Shown here piece by piece: positions 46,225 to 57,896 of a stretch of 64,000 bases of DNA. The position numbers and the translations under genes were made by a program. How positions within the stretch are numbered: position 1 is the first letter of the stretch; every line of letters starts with the position of its first letter. Origin of the DNA: Diplonema japonicum (taxonomy: Eukaryota; Protista; Euglenozoa: Diplonemea); NCBI GenBank assembly GCA_964019335.1, contig OZ025718.1, forward strand, positions 248,001 to 312,000. Reading direction: 5' to 3'. The notes beneath the pieces were generated by a model that made no database searches, was not told the DNA's origin, and worked only from the letters and a program-made list of their open reading frames with translations.

Positions 46225-47536
46225 TCACCGCGCGTTTGCCCATCGTAAATCCCTCGTCCCACTTTCATACTTCACCTGATATTAAAAAGAAAAAAAAAAA
46301 AATAAGTGACCAGCAACAACCCAGTAAAACATACCCAACCCTTCTGTTCTGCCTCTGCTTCACGAGATGAATAGTACCAAAGAATAAAAGTCTCAGGTAT
46401 CGTGTCACCATTGTCCTCTTCAGCGGGGTGGAAGGAATACGCTGAACATTGTTGTGTGTGTGTTTGGGGGGGGGGGGGGGGGGGAATACCATCATAAGCG
46501 TAAGGATAGTCTCTCGGGTAAAGCGGGCCATAACTCAGCGTCACTTCCTCCCCCTCGTGGATATCCCGAACGGTGATGACAGACAGCCTCCCGTGTTCGA
46601 TGGGGTCGCCCGTTTCCTGAAGCCACGCAGTATTCGACTGCTCGCCTTCACCAGGCTCATTGAGAAACGGTGTTATGGTTTCCTTTTTTTTTTTCTTTTT
46701 TTTTTTTCTTCCCCCAAACAAACCATCAACTCAGGAAATGGAACATTGTAGTAATCCGCAGCATTAAACTCCGCAAGAGCGTACTTAGGCGATGGACGGC
46801 CTCGCAAGCACTGATCGGCTGAGTTGGGATCAGGGTACCCCGGGTATATCCCAACCCTTGTTAAAGCAGGAATGAACTTTGTGGCGAAGATACCGTGCCC
46901 GCCCTTGTGGGAGGCCCGGAGCTGGAAGGCGGTGTGGTGCTTCCCCGGACAGTAGTGATCGCGGAGGATTGCTGAAACAGTTTTCAACGTCGATCGATCG
47001 GAAGCTGTTTTGTTGGTGAGCTGTGTCTCCGCTGCTTGCAAACGGCTCCGCGTGCCGTGCGGTAGGAAAACAGATTTAAGCCTGTTCAAAGCGGCTTGAG
47101 CGGACATCTGATCGTCGGTTGGCCCGCCTTCTACAAACCCGTCTCGAGGAGCCGATTCATCTTTACACACAACACACGTTTTTAGGTAGGGTCCGTATGT
47201 CTCCCACAAAGTGCTGTCTACCACCATGGTGCAGTGCCGGGAACAGTTTAAATGGCAGTGTTTCAAACATGTTCCACATACGTACATTGGGTTGGCAAAG
47301 GTCTCCCTTGCGCTCCCGCAACTGCTGCACATCTTGAACACTTCCCTTATCTGTCGCTCGCACAGAGCTAGCCAGAGCTGTGTGTCAGTTGCATCGTCGG
47401 GTACTACCCCTGGGGGAAGGTCCATGTGCCGAGTCCATGTGCTGAAGCCCCCTAAAGCTTCGTTGTAAAAGTACGACCCTTGGCCGTCCCCGTCGTCGTG
47501 GAGGGACCATATCCGCTGGCCGTTTTCATTGCTCAT
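46225..47536 (-). CDS. WW + PHD + SET domain protein (4 exons, 387 aa)
   Basis: Introns 46683-46723, 46442-46489 and 46276-46334. WW-like W..YFYN..STW; PHD-like CSSC..CGTC..CH..C..CVVC; SET GHGIFATKFI, FLNEP, GEEVTLSYG. Confidence 0.8.
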
Positions 47537-47605
47537 TTTTATTTTTTTTTTATATATATTTTTTTTCTCTCGCTCCCCTCCTCTCCTCTCCCGCCACCCT
47601 CGTGT

Positions 47606-47640
<35 letters not shown>

Positions 47641-50592
47641 CCTTTTTTTTTTATTTCTGTTAGTTTTTTTTCTTTCTTTGATAGCAAGACAACAAGATAA
47701 AAAAAAATGTTTTTTTTTTTTTTTTTTTTTTTTTCAACCCAGGCCCCTGTCTCTTTTGCGCTGGCGAAATCTTACTCAAAAGGGCCTCATCATTTAGTCC
47801 ACCGTTGTTTTTCATAAGAATAGCATCCGTGAGAAAAGGGAGGGGACAAAAAAAAAAAAAGTGCACAGTTGCACAAAAAAAAAAAAAAAAGAAGAAGAAG
47901 TAAAAGGAGAAAGGGAGAAAAGAAAGGGCGGAAAAAAAAAATAAGGGTGACAAGAAATACCGAAGTACTTTTTTTTTTACCCTATTTTTTTTAAATTTTA
48001 TTTTTATATCATCAACGAGAACCTTGTTGAAAGAGAGAGGAAAAAAGAAAGGTAAAAGAGGGGGGGGGGGGGGGGGGGGTTGTAGTTGTTTTTATCACTA
48101 TAGTGCACTGCCAAGCCAATTAACTCATAAAACAGAGCTGACAAACAATGAGCCTGCTAGCTCTCTCGCTTTAAAGGAAAATTGGCCGTTGTAGTCTAGT
48201 GGGGGGGGGGGGGGGGGGTTATTACTTCGAGACAATAGGGATTATTCTTTTTCTCCCTTTCTTTCTGTGTCTTTTGCTCTCCTACTGCCCCTTGGCTGGC
48301 AAGGAACGAGAAAAACAATCATCACCGGCTCATCTATAATCACGCTAGGCAAGAATTAGAATCATTACTTCTCCTCTCATTTCTTTTTTTTTTCCCCGCA
48401 ATGCCTCAGAACTCGAAAGTCTCAAAATCAGGTCGAGGGAGACGGAAAAGAGAGATAAAAAATAGGGTGCTATATTGTGCCGCTAACAGAAGGGCACTAT
48501 AAAAAAAAAAAAAAAAAAAAAAGAGGGGAATACACAACTATATTATGTCCGCTCATCATGCTTAACGCAAAACGGACTCTTAAAAAAAAAAAAGAAAAAA
48601 AAGAAAAAAAAACAAGGGGCATACGCTAAATGAGCTAGCTTTACGGAGGCCAACACAGCAGCACTTTCTTGCTTGAAACAGGACGAACACCTCTCAGTTT
48701 CGGACTACTTTTGATATGGGAGGGGGGGGGTGTCATCCTTCTGAGCTAGCAGCGTAAGTAAGGAATATATTATCCTCTTTATCCTCTTCGTGTGAAGAAA
48801 ACCAAAAAAAAAAAGAAAGAAAAAAAAGGGGGGGGGGGCAATTTAAAAAGAAGAGCTAGCCGTTGTTTGTACGTGCCGGGGTAAAACCAGGAGAAGTTTG
48901 TAAACCCGAAACACGTTGCCAACGTTCCCCTTTTGTTTAGATAGATCAAAGACTCTCGCCAAGAGAAAAAAAAAGAAGAAGAAAAAAAGGTCCTCATGAG
49001 AGGAAGCAACTCGCTTGAGGGGAGGTGTCGTTACCCACCTTGGACTTGGGCTTGGAGGCCAAAAGTCTTGCTGCCCTGAGAAGAAGGATAGGGGGGGGGT
49101 TCTTTTATAATAAAAGAAATTGGAATCAAAGGAATAAAATCCTCCTTTTCTCGTAATGGTTAAGGGTGAAAAAATTTCACCTCAGAACTCGAATGTCTCA
49201 GAATGCAGGTCGAAGGAGACGGATGAGGAGGAGTGCTTGTGGCATGCCTCGGTGAGGGGGCCCAACATGGCGGGCGGTCCACAGAACAACACAGCAACCC
49301 TGATCCCTTCTTGCTGTACCCTTCCCTTGAAGCCTTCCACCACTGCCTCAAGGTTCATCCTCCCGTGCTGAACCTTCCAGGGTTTCTCCTCGACAGGTGT
49401 CACCTCACCCATTTCAATCTCGGTGTTCCCCCCTGTGCGGTACATCGTGAGCCCGTGCTGTGCATTCATCGGAATAACCTTCGCCACCCCGTCCCGCACA
49501 GACCAGTGCGTCTCCAAGAGCTGCACCTTCCTCCCTCGTGTCCCTTGCTCTGTTATCGACGTTGCGATGGACCTCATGGGAGTGATCCCGATCCCGCCAG
49601 CTACGAACAGGAAGTGCTCGTACTTCTCAGACTCCACGTCCACAGAGCAGCTCCCGTACGACCCGTCCACGTACACAGTGTGCTCCTTGGGCTCAGGCCC
49701 CGAAGCAAGTTCAAGAAGGCGCTTCGTCCAGCCACTGCTGCACCTCAAATGGAAGGAAGCCGTCGACCCCTCACACATCGCCGACGAAAAGGACACAGGG
49801 TGCCACTCGAATATTCCAACTTCCGGGAAGCACAGGAAGGCATACTGCCCCGGGCTGTACCGCATGCCCTCAATGTCCACGCGCACAATGTCCGTCCCGC
49901 TCAGGTGCGTCAGCGTGCACCTCGACGGCTGCCAGCAAGACGTGTACACGGCACGGATCATCACATCAACGAACCACAGAAGGACACCCCCCAACACTGC
50001 GATTGCGCCGTGCATCGCTAGGAAGACAATGATACACGTGAAGAGCACCACGTGCAGGAAGTAGAAGACCTCGAAGGCCTTGCGGCGGATGACATGGTAG
50101 GCGGTGGTCGCCATCAGCACAGCGCACAGGACAGTTACCGTCCCTGTCCACTGGTGCTTCCCCGAGTCCGAGGTGTCGTCCTTCGCGTAGGCGATCACCC
50201 CGTGCAGGACCCCCGCGATGATGGCCATGTAGGCGGAGAGCTTGTGGTAGGCCAGCCTGCGTTCAAAGGGGATCCCGAGGAGGAAGGTCAGCGGGGAGTG
50301 CTTTGCAGCCGTCACGAAGGCGAACAGCATCGGGAACTGTGCAAACCCACCGCTCCTCGTTGTCTCCCACGACACAGCAGAGAAGACAATCACAGCGATG
50401 AAGAGCACCGCAAGGATCAGCTCCCCGACAGTCACCCCGAACCCCACCGTCCGCTGCAAAGGGTACGACACCACCCACCTCGCACCCATGGCACACCGCA
50501 TGCTCTTGGGTGTCTCTTCGTACGGAACCCACGGGGCACTCGTTGCTTCCGACATCTTGAAGGGGGAAGGGGGAAAAGGGATATAAGTCCTG
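47246..50592. repeat. Segmental duplication, copy 1 (~3.3 kb)
   Basis: Near-identical to 54119-57343. Confidence 0.95.
49182..50555 (-). CDS. Ferric reductase / NADPH oxidase family (FRO/FRE/NOX-like), copy 1, 457 aa
   Basis: Two heme His pairs (YHK...LHG; LHV...MHG), PGQY, EWHPVS, DGSYG, AGGIGITP, FCGP, terminal ETFEF. The true ATG is at 50555 by identity with copy 2. Confidence 0.92.
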   Translation of the reverse strand: MSEATSAPWVPYEETPKSMRCAMGARWVVSYPLQRTVGFGVTVGELILAVLFIAVIVFSAVSWETTRSGGFAQFPMLFAFVTAAKHSPLTFLLGIPFERRLAYHKLSAYMAIIAGVLHGVIAYAKDDTSDSGKHQWTGTVTVLCAVLMATTAYHVIRRKAFEVFYFLHVVLFTCIIVFLAMHGAIAVLGGVLLWFVDVMIRAVYTSCWQPSRCTLTHLSGTDIVRVDIEGMRYSPGQYAFLCFPEVGIFEWHPVSFSSAMCEGSTASFHLRCSSGWTKRLLELASGPEPKEHTVYVDGSYGSCSVDVESEKYEHFLFVAGGIGITPMRSIATSITEQGTRGRKVQLLETHWSVRDGVAKVIPMNAQHGLTMYRTGGNTEIEMGEVTPVEEKPWKVQHGRMNLEAVVEGFKGRVQQEGIRVAVLFCGPPAMLGPLTEACHKHSSSSVSFDLHSETFEF

Positions 50593-50828
50593 AAAAACCG
50601 GTTTGCTAAAACAAGCAAATAAATGCAAAAAGCAAACAAACAAGAGAGAAGAAGGAAGAAAAAGAAAGAAACAAAAAAAAAAAAAAAAAAAAAAAAAAAC
50701 AAAAAAAAGAGTCAAGTTGATTGTTGTTTGCGCACAGCCGGGATAAACCTGTAGAAAGGATAAGCCCCAACAATTGCTACCACTACTCTTTTATTGTTTT
50801 TAGTTTTTCCCTTTCTTTTTTTTCTAAC

Positions 50829-50862
<34 letters not shown>

Positions 50863-51555
50863 TAACGAGAAAGTTAGAGATGAAGTACTGATGGCCGACC
50901 AGTGTCTTTCGCAGACGGTTGAATTTAAAAAAGAAAGGGAGGAAGAGAGGAAGGGGGGGGTGAGAATAAGATATATCAATGTTAATTCTTGTTCATTGCT
51001 CAAACTGAAACGACTACCTTGCCATCTTTTTCTTTTTGGCATCAATTAGAAGATAACAACGGGGATGGGGGGTAGGGGGGAGGGGGGTCATGTGAGCCTT
51101 AAAAACGTCAATAAAGTCACTTTTTTTTAGGTTTGCCAAAAAAAAAAAAGTGCTCTATTTGTTTTCGACGACCAGACGACAATCAGGTTCACAGGCCCCA
51201 GAAAATAGGTTTTCGCGTGGGTTATGGCCACTATTTGACGCTTTGTTGTTGGCCAGAAAGTTCCAGTAGACCGGCGGTATTTTTGGACGAGTTCTGCCAA
51301 CACACTGTGATTTTTGAATTTTGCACTGCAAAATTTGCTCACAACTCGAAAATTCACTTCGTGAATAATAAAAAGGAGAAAGATTCCTCACAAAAAGGTC
51401 CACAGGTACAAGAAATTCGCCGGTCTACGTGGACCCCCGATTTTTTAAAAAGAATTGCTTAGACCGGCGGTCTATCCCCGCCTTACCGCCCCCCCCCCCC
51501 CCCCCCCCCCCCCTGCATTTATTCAAAATGCGTCCAGAAGAAGAAGAAGAAGCCT

Positions 51556-51685
51556 CGGCCTAGTTGTAGCTTCTTCTGCGTTCCGCGTCGTGTCCTTAAT
51601 GCGTGCGGTGTGCAACTCAACCCCAGCCATGGCGTCCCTGGTAACCAAGATTCTGAGCCCGTGCAGTTTGCTGCCTGTTCGTCAC
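51556..51685 (-). repeat. SINE-like repeat, copy 5 (internal fragment)
   Basis: Matches about 3692-3821. Confidence 0.8.
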
Positions 51686-52386
51686 AAAAAAAGGGGGAGA
51701 GAAAAACCATAATTTGAAAGAAAACAAAAAAAAAATGCTCATTTATTTAAAGACTGACAATTGTCCGGAGCTTTCTTCCTTACAGCAAGTTGACCATTTA
51801 CTGTGTTCTTTTTTTTTCTTTCTTTCTCTTTCACATTCTTGCAGCTGTAAAGCTACGGGCGAAAGCAGAACCATAAAATTCCCATTTTCTTTCCCTCCCC
51901 CCCCCTTTTTTTTTCTTCCCTCCCCTTCTTTCTTTCATTTTTTTCTGAACGGTGTTAGAAAAAAAAAAGAAGAAAAGAAGAAAAAAAAAAACTCATAGTA
52001 AAAGACTATCCCACTGGAGGACAGCCTCTTGTGGTGTGAGTTCCTATCTATCTATTAATGCTCCCCTTCTGGAGCATAGCCTTCGTTCCTATTGTCGCCT
52101 TTAATGCTAAAAAAAGGAACTGCCTGGGTAGAAACCTGGGGAAGTTTATAAGCACGTAGCCGATATTCCTTTTTTCTGTTTAGACGGGTCAAAGATCCTT
52201 TCTTGCATGGAAGAAGAAAGAAAGAAAAAGGAAGAAAAAAAAGGGGGGGGTAGGTTATCATGCGCCTTCTCTTTTTTTTTTTTTCTTATTTACTCTTTTA
52301 TATTTTTTTTTGCAAGGTTACCCTTTCATTTTTTTTAAATGGTTTCTGCGGAAGGAGGGACAAAAATTAGCTATTTATTGCCAACA

Positions 52387-52866
52387 AATAATGAGTCATT
52401 ATTTAACTCGAGTTTCCGAATTTTTAAAAACGGTAACGAGTGTTAAATAATGGCTCATTTGGCGGCAAGTAAGTCGTTTTATTTCACTTTTCGTCATTTG
52501 AGTCACTCACTCTTCACTGCTTTCACTGCTGTTCTTTTTTCACGCAGGTCAGCTTTTTGGGGATTTTCCTAAGGTAATCCAGGGTAGCTATTTCGCCGTG
52601 GCATTTAAAGGGGAAGTAAGGCACTTATTCCCACTTTTAAGGGCTGGAATGGCCTCAGATGGCCAAAAATAGTCAAAATACCCCCACCCCAAAAAAACTT
52701 TTCAAGGGGTTGGGTACATTTTTTTCCACGACGAGACCCATTTTTTCACTGAAGGGCCATTATTTAACTGCAACATCTCATTATTTAACTAGTTAAATAA
52801 TGGCGATTTCGCGTTAAATAATGAGGCCCCTAGTGAGTGAAGAAAATGACGAAGAGTGAAATAAAA
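52387..52866. repeat. Cluster of inverted repeats (CATTATTTAAC motif), probable transposon ends or MITE
   Basis: CATTATTTAAC/GTTAAATAATG occurs about 6 times in both orientations. tttatttcact.ttcgtcattt..cactcact at ~52478-52512 is inverted at ~52832-52866 and also occurs at ~12522-12544. Confidence 0.55.
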
Positions 52867-53031
52867 AAATGAATGTGGTCACCTCCCCTGCAGTGTCTAT
52901 GTTGTGGACTAATAAGGAAAAGAGAGAAAATAAGTGCTGTATTGCGCCGCCAACAGGAGGGAACCAAGAAAAAAAAAAAGAAAAAAAAAAAGGCGATGTT
53001 TAGGGCAAATCCCACTTGAGGACCACCCTTA

Positions 53032-53653
53032 GGGCTACGTTGTCGGCGTACGGCCGTACGTACGCGTATTTCGAACGTACGCCGTGCGCACTTTTTTTAG
53101 ATTTGCTGCGTAGCGTACGCATTTTTTTGCGTACGGCATTCATTTTGGAAAGACTTCAACAAAAGTCAAAGGCAATATTCACTGGGCATGTGTCGCTTGC
53201 GACCTATTGGCATGAGGCTATTGGGTCAGGCCTGCGGTGTGTGGAGCTCGGGGAAAAGGCACCGTTCAAGGTGGAAGCCCAAAGATCGGCCATAGGGATT
53301 TGACAAAGCTGATTCTTGTCAGAGATATAATTCAGGTCAAACTCTACTTCAGAAAACGTAGTTTCACCTGCACGCAGTTTGTGAGAGACTACTGGCGTGC
53401 GGCAGAAGGCGTTGGAAGACCTGCATCAGGGCGCCTGATCCTGATGACGAAGAGAGCGTCTGATGGAGACGAATCGGGTGTAAAAGTGTTTGCATGAAGC
53501 CTGCCGCCTACCCTTTCTTCCATCCATTTTTGTGCCCCACTCCCATTTGCCCCTCTTGTCCCCCCTTTGACCCGTAGCCTGTACCTGTAGGTGTAAGGAG
53601 CCGTACGCACTTTTTCATATTTTGCTGCGTACGCGTACGCCGACAACGTAGCC
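53032..53653. mobile_element. Non-autonomous PIF/Harbinger-like element
   Basis: 20-bp TIR GGCTACGTTGTCGGCGTACG; TTA(G) duplicated; subterminal CGTACG repeats. Confidence 0.75.
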
Positions 53654-54118
53654 TTAGGGTGGGAGGGTCTATCTTGTAATGCTACCTTTTTTGGAACCTC
53701 ACTTTCTGTCCTGGGTTTCTTAAAAATAAATAAATAAAAGACCACACAACTATATCATGTCCGCTCATCATGCTTAACGCAAAACGGACTCAAACTGTGT
53801 CCAGAAAAGAATTAAGAATGGGGGAAAAGGGCACGCTGAATGAGTTGGCAACACAGCAGCACTTTCTTACTTGAAACAGGACGAACACCTCTCAGTTTCG
53901 AACTACTTTTGATAAAAAGGAGGGATTGGGGATGTTTTTTTTTTTTTTTTTTTTTTCCCTGAGCTCGCAAGCAGCGTAAAATAAGGATATTCTTCCTTTA
54001 TCTTCTTCGTGTGAATAAATAAAACCAAATCATTTTTTGAAAGATAAATATTTGTAACAACAAAAAAAAAAAAAAAAAAAAAAAAAAGATGAAGTGAGTC
54101 ATGGAAAAAAGGGGGTGC

Positions 54119-54397
54119 GTTTAAATGGCAGTGTTTCAAACATGTTCCACATACGTACTTGGGTTGGCAAAGGTCTCCCTTGCGCTCCCGCAACTGCTGC
54201 ACATCTTGAACACTTCCCTTATCTGTCGCTCGCACAGAGCTGTGTGTCAGTTGCATCGTCGGGTACTACCCTGGGGGAAGGTCCATGTGCCGAGTCCATG
54301 TGCTGAAGCCCCCTAAGGCTTCGTTGTAAAAGTACGACCCTTGGCCGTCCCCGTCGTCGTGGAGGGACCATATCCGCTGGCCGTTTTCATTGCTCAT
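54119..54397 (-). pseudogene. Truncated, frameshifted 5' copy of the WW-PHD-SET gene
   Basis: Matches 47246-47536 with 1-nt deletions and a 10-nt deletion. Confidence 0.85.
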
Positions 54398-55932
54398 TTT
54401 TATTTATATATATATATATTTTTTTTTCTCTCGCTCCCCTCCTCTCCTCTCCCGCCACCCTCGTGTTTTTTTTTTTTTTTTTTTTTCTTCAACCCATGCC
54501 CCTGTCTCTTTTGCGCTGGCGAAATCTTACTCAAAAGGGCCTCATCATTTAGTCCACCGTTGTTTTTCATAAGAATAGCATCCGTGAGAAAAGGGAGGGG
54601 ACAAAAAAAAAAAGTGCACAGTTGCACAAAAAAAAAAAAAAAAGAAGAAGAAGTAAAAGGAGAAAGGGAGAAAAGAAAGGGCGGAAAAAAAAAATAAGGG
54701 TGACAAGAAATACCGAAGTACTTTTTTTTTTACCCTATTTTTTTTAAATTTTATTTTTATATCATCAACGAGAACCTTGTTGAAAGAGAGAGGAAAAAAG
54801 AAAGGTAAAAGAGGGGGGGGGGGGGGGGGTTGTAGTTGTTTTTATCACTATAGTGCACTGCCAAGCCAATTAACTCATAAAACAGAGCTGACAAACAATG
54901 AGCCTGCTAGCTCTCTCGCTTTAAAGGAAAATTGGCCGTTGTAGTCTAGTGGGGGGGGGGGGGGGGGGGGTTATTACTTCGAGACAATAGGGATTATTCT
55001 TTTTCTCCCTTTCTTTCTGTGTCTTTTGCTCTCCTACTGCCCCTTGGCTGGCAAGGAACGAGAAAAACAATCATCACCGGCTCATCTATAATCACGCTAG
55101 GCAAGAATTAGAATCATTACTTCTCCTCTCATTTCTTTTTTTTTTCCCCGCAATGCCTCAGAACTCGAAAGTCTCAAAATCAGGTCGAGGGAGACGGAAA
55201 AGAGAGATAAAAAATAGGGTGCTATATTGTGCCGCTAACAGAAGGGCACTATAAAAAAAAAAAAAAAAAAAAAGAGGGGAATACACAACTATATTATGTC
55301 CGCTCATCATGCTTAACGCAAAACGGACTCTTAAAAAAAAAAAGAAAAAAAAGAAAAAAAAACAAGGGGCATACGCTAAATGAGCTAGCTTTACGGAGGC
55401 CAACACAGCAGCACTTTCTTGCTTGAAACAGGACGAACACCTCTCAGTTTCGGACTACTTTTGATATGGGAGGGGGGGGGTGTCATCCTTCTGAGCTAGC
55501 AGCGTAAGTAAGGAATATATTATCCTCTTTATCCTCTTCGTGTGAAGAAAACCAAAAAAAAAAAAGAAAGAAAAAAAGGGGGGGGGGGGCAATTTAAAAA
55601 GAAGAGCTAGCCGTTGTTTGTACGTGCCGGGGTAAAACCAGGAGAAGTTTGTAAACCCGAAACACGTTGCCAACGTTCCCCTTTTGTTTAGATAGATCAA
55701 AGACTCTCGCCAAGAGAAAAAAAAAGAAGAAGAAAAAAAGGTCCTCATGAGAGGAAGCAACTCGCTTGAGGGGAGGTGTCGTTACCCACCTTGGACTTGG
55801 GCTTGGAGGCCAAAAGTCTTGCTGCCCTGAGAAGAAGGATAGGGGGGGGGTTCTTTTATAATAAAAGAAATTGGAATCAAAGGAATAAAATCCTCCTTTT
55901 CTCGTAATGGTTAAGGGTGAAAAAATTTCACC

Positions 55933-57306
55933 TCAGAACTCGAATGTCTCAGAATGCAGGTCGAAGGAGACGGATGAGGAGGAGTGCTTGTGGCATGCCT
56001 CGGTGAGGGGGCCCAACATGGCGGGCGGTCCACAGAACAACACAGCAACCCTGATCCCTTCTTGCTGTACCCTTCCCTTGAAGCCTTCCACCACTGCCTC
56101 AAGGTTCATCCTCCCGTGCTGAACCTTCCAGGGTTTCTCCTCGACAGGTGTCACCTCACCCATTTCAATCTCGGTGTTCCCCCCTGTGCGGTACATCGTG
56201 AGCCCGTGCTGTGCATTCATCGGAATAACCTTCGCCACCCCGTCCCGCACAGACCAGTGCGTCTCCAAGAGCTGCACCTTCCTCCCTCGTGTCCCTTGCT
56301 CTGTTATCGACGTTGCGATGGACCTCATGGGAGTGATCCCGATCCCGCCAGCTACGAACAGGAAGTGCTCGTACTTCTCAGACTCCACGTCCACAGAGCA
56401 GCTCCCGTACGACCCGTCCACGTACACAGTGTGCTCCTTGGGCTCAGGCCCCGAAGCAAGTTCAAGAAGGCGCTTCGTCCAGCCACTGCTGCACCTCAAA
56501 TGGAAGGAAGCCGTCGACCCCTCACACATCGCCGACGAAAAGGACACAGGGTGCCACTCGAATATTCCAACTTCCGGGAAGCACAGGAAGGCATACTGCC
56601 CCGGGCTGTACCGCATGCCCTCAATGTCCACGCGCACAATGTCCGTCCCGCTCAGGTGCGTCAGCGTGCACCTCGACGGCTGCCAGCAAGACGTGTACAC
56701 GGCACGGATCATCACATCAACGAACCACAGAAGGACACCCCCCAACACTGCGATTGCGCCGTGCATCGCTAGGAAGACAATGATACACGTGAAGAGCACC
56801 ACGTGCAGGAAGTAGAAGACCTCGAAGGCCTTGCGGCGGATGACATGGTAGGCGGTGGTCGCCATCAGCACAGCGCACAGGACAGTTACCGTCCCTGTCC
56901 ACTGGTGCTTCCCCGAGTCCGAGGTGTCGTCCTTCGCGTAGGCGATCACCCCGTGCAGGACCCCCGCGATGATGGCCATGTAGGCGGAGAGCTTGTGGTA
57001 GGCCAGCCTGCGTTCAAAGGGGATCCCGAGGAGGAAGGTCAGCGGGGAGTGCTTTGCAGCCGTCACGAAGGCGAACAGCATCGGGAACTGTGCAAACCCA
57101 CCGCTCCTCGTTGTCTCCCACGACACAGCAGAGAAGACAATCACAGCGATGAAGAGCACCGCAAGGATCAGCTCCCCGACAGTCACCCCGAACCCCACCG
57201 TCCGCTGCAAAGGGTACGACACCACCCACCTCGCACCCATGGCACACCGCATGCTCTTGGGTGTCTCTTCGTACGGAACCCACGGGGCACTCGTTGCTTC
57301 CGACAT
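55933..57306 (-). CDS. Ferric reductase / NADPH oxidase family, copy 2
   Basis: Protein identical to copy 1. Confidence 0.92.
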   Translation of the reverse strand: MSEATSAPWVPYEETPKSMRCAMGARWVVSYPLQRTVGFGVTVGELILAVLFIAVIVFSAVSWETTRSGGFAQFPMLFAFVTAAKHSPLTFLLGIPFERRLAYHKLSAYMAIIAGVLHGVIAYAKDDTSDSGKHQWTGTVTVLCAVLMATTAYHVIRRKAFEVFYFLHVVLFTCIIVFLAMHGAIAVLGGVLLWFVDVMIRAVYTSCWQPSRCTLTHLSGTDIVRVDIEGMRYSPGQYAFLCFPEVGIFEWHPVSFSSAMCEGSTASFHLRCSSGWTKRLLELASGPEPKEHTVYVDGSYGSCSVDVESEKYEHFLFVAGGIGITPMRSIATSITEQGTRGRKVQLLETHWSVRDGVAKVIPMNAQHGLTMYRTGGNTEIEMGEVTPVEEKPWKVQHGRMNLEAVVEGFKGRVQQEGIRVAVLFCGPPAMLGPLTEACHKHSSSSVSFDLHSETFEF

Positions 57307-57628
57307 CTTGAAGGGGGAAGGGGGAAAAGGGATATAAGTCCTGGTTTTTAGCTAAATATTGAAAAAGGGTAGGTAGGGAGCAAAAATGGGGGTAGAGTGG
57401 GACTGAGTACCTTCTCATGTGTTAAATAGAAGACAAGGTAAAGAGAGGAACCACTGGAGGGGTGTACAAACTTAAGAGCAAAAGTAAAAAAAAAAAGAAG
57501 AAAAGAAAACAGGCAAAATAATTCAAAGGACGTATGACATCATAGCAAGGAGCACAAAAAAAGGACTGGAATGGAAAGAGGCAAGCAAAAAAAGGGGGGG
57601 GGTAAATTTTCGTTTTTATTTTAAAACC

Positions 57629-57865
57629 TCATTCTTTAGTTTCTCCCTCTTCCTGTAAAATGTTAGTCGGGGTGGGTTCTTCAGCTTCCTGTTTTTCCTC
57701 CTCTTCCTCTTCCTCCTCTTCTTCCTCCTCTTCCCCTTCTTCCTCCAATTCTTCTTCCTCGATTTTTTTTTCAGGGGTCTTTTTCCCCCGGGCAGCACGG
57801 ACTATTGGAGCTTTGGCAACTGGTTCTGGCTTCTTTGGTGAACGGTGCGTAGGGAGATCACTGTG

Positions 57866-57896
<31 letters not shown>

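Larger units (their letters stand above)
54119..57343. repeat. Segmental duplication, copy 2
   Basis: Near-identical to 47246-50592. Confidence 0.95.

Noticed and set aside
48184-48235. tRNA-like 5' end GGCCGTTGTAGTCTAGTGG (also at about 54933)
   Set aside because: It runs into a G homopolymer with no anticodon arm or matching acceptor stem.
50556-50702. N-terminal extension of ferric reductase copy 1
   Set aside because: It starts at a non-ATG codon in a T-run and is not shared with copy 2.
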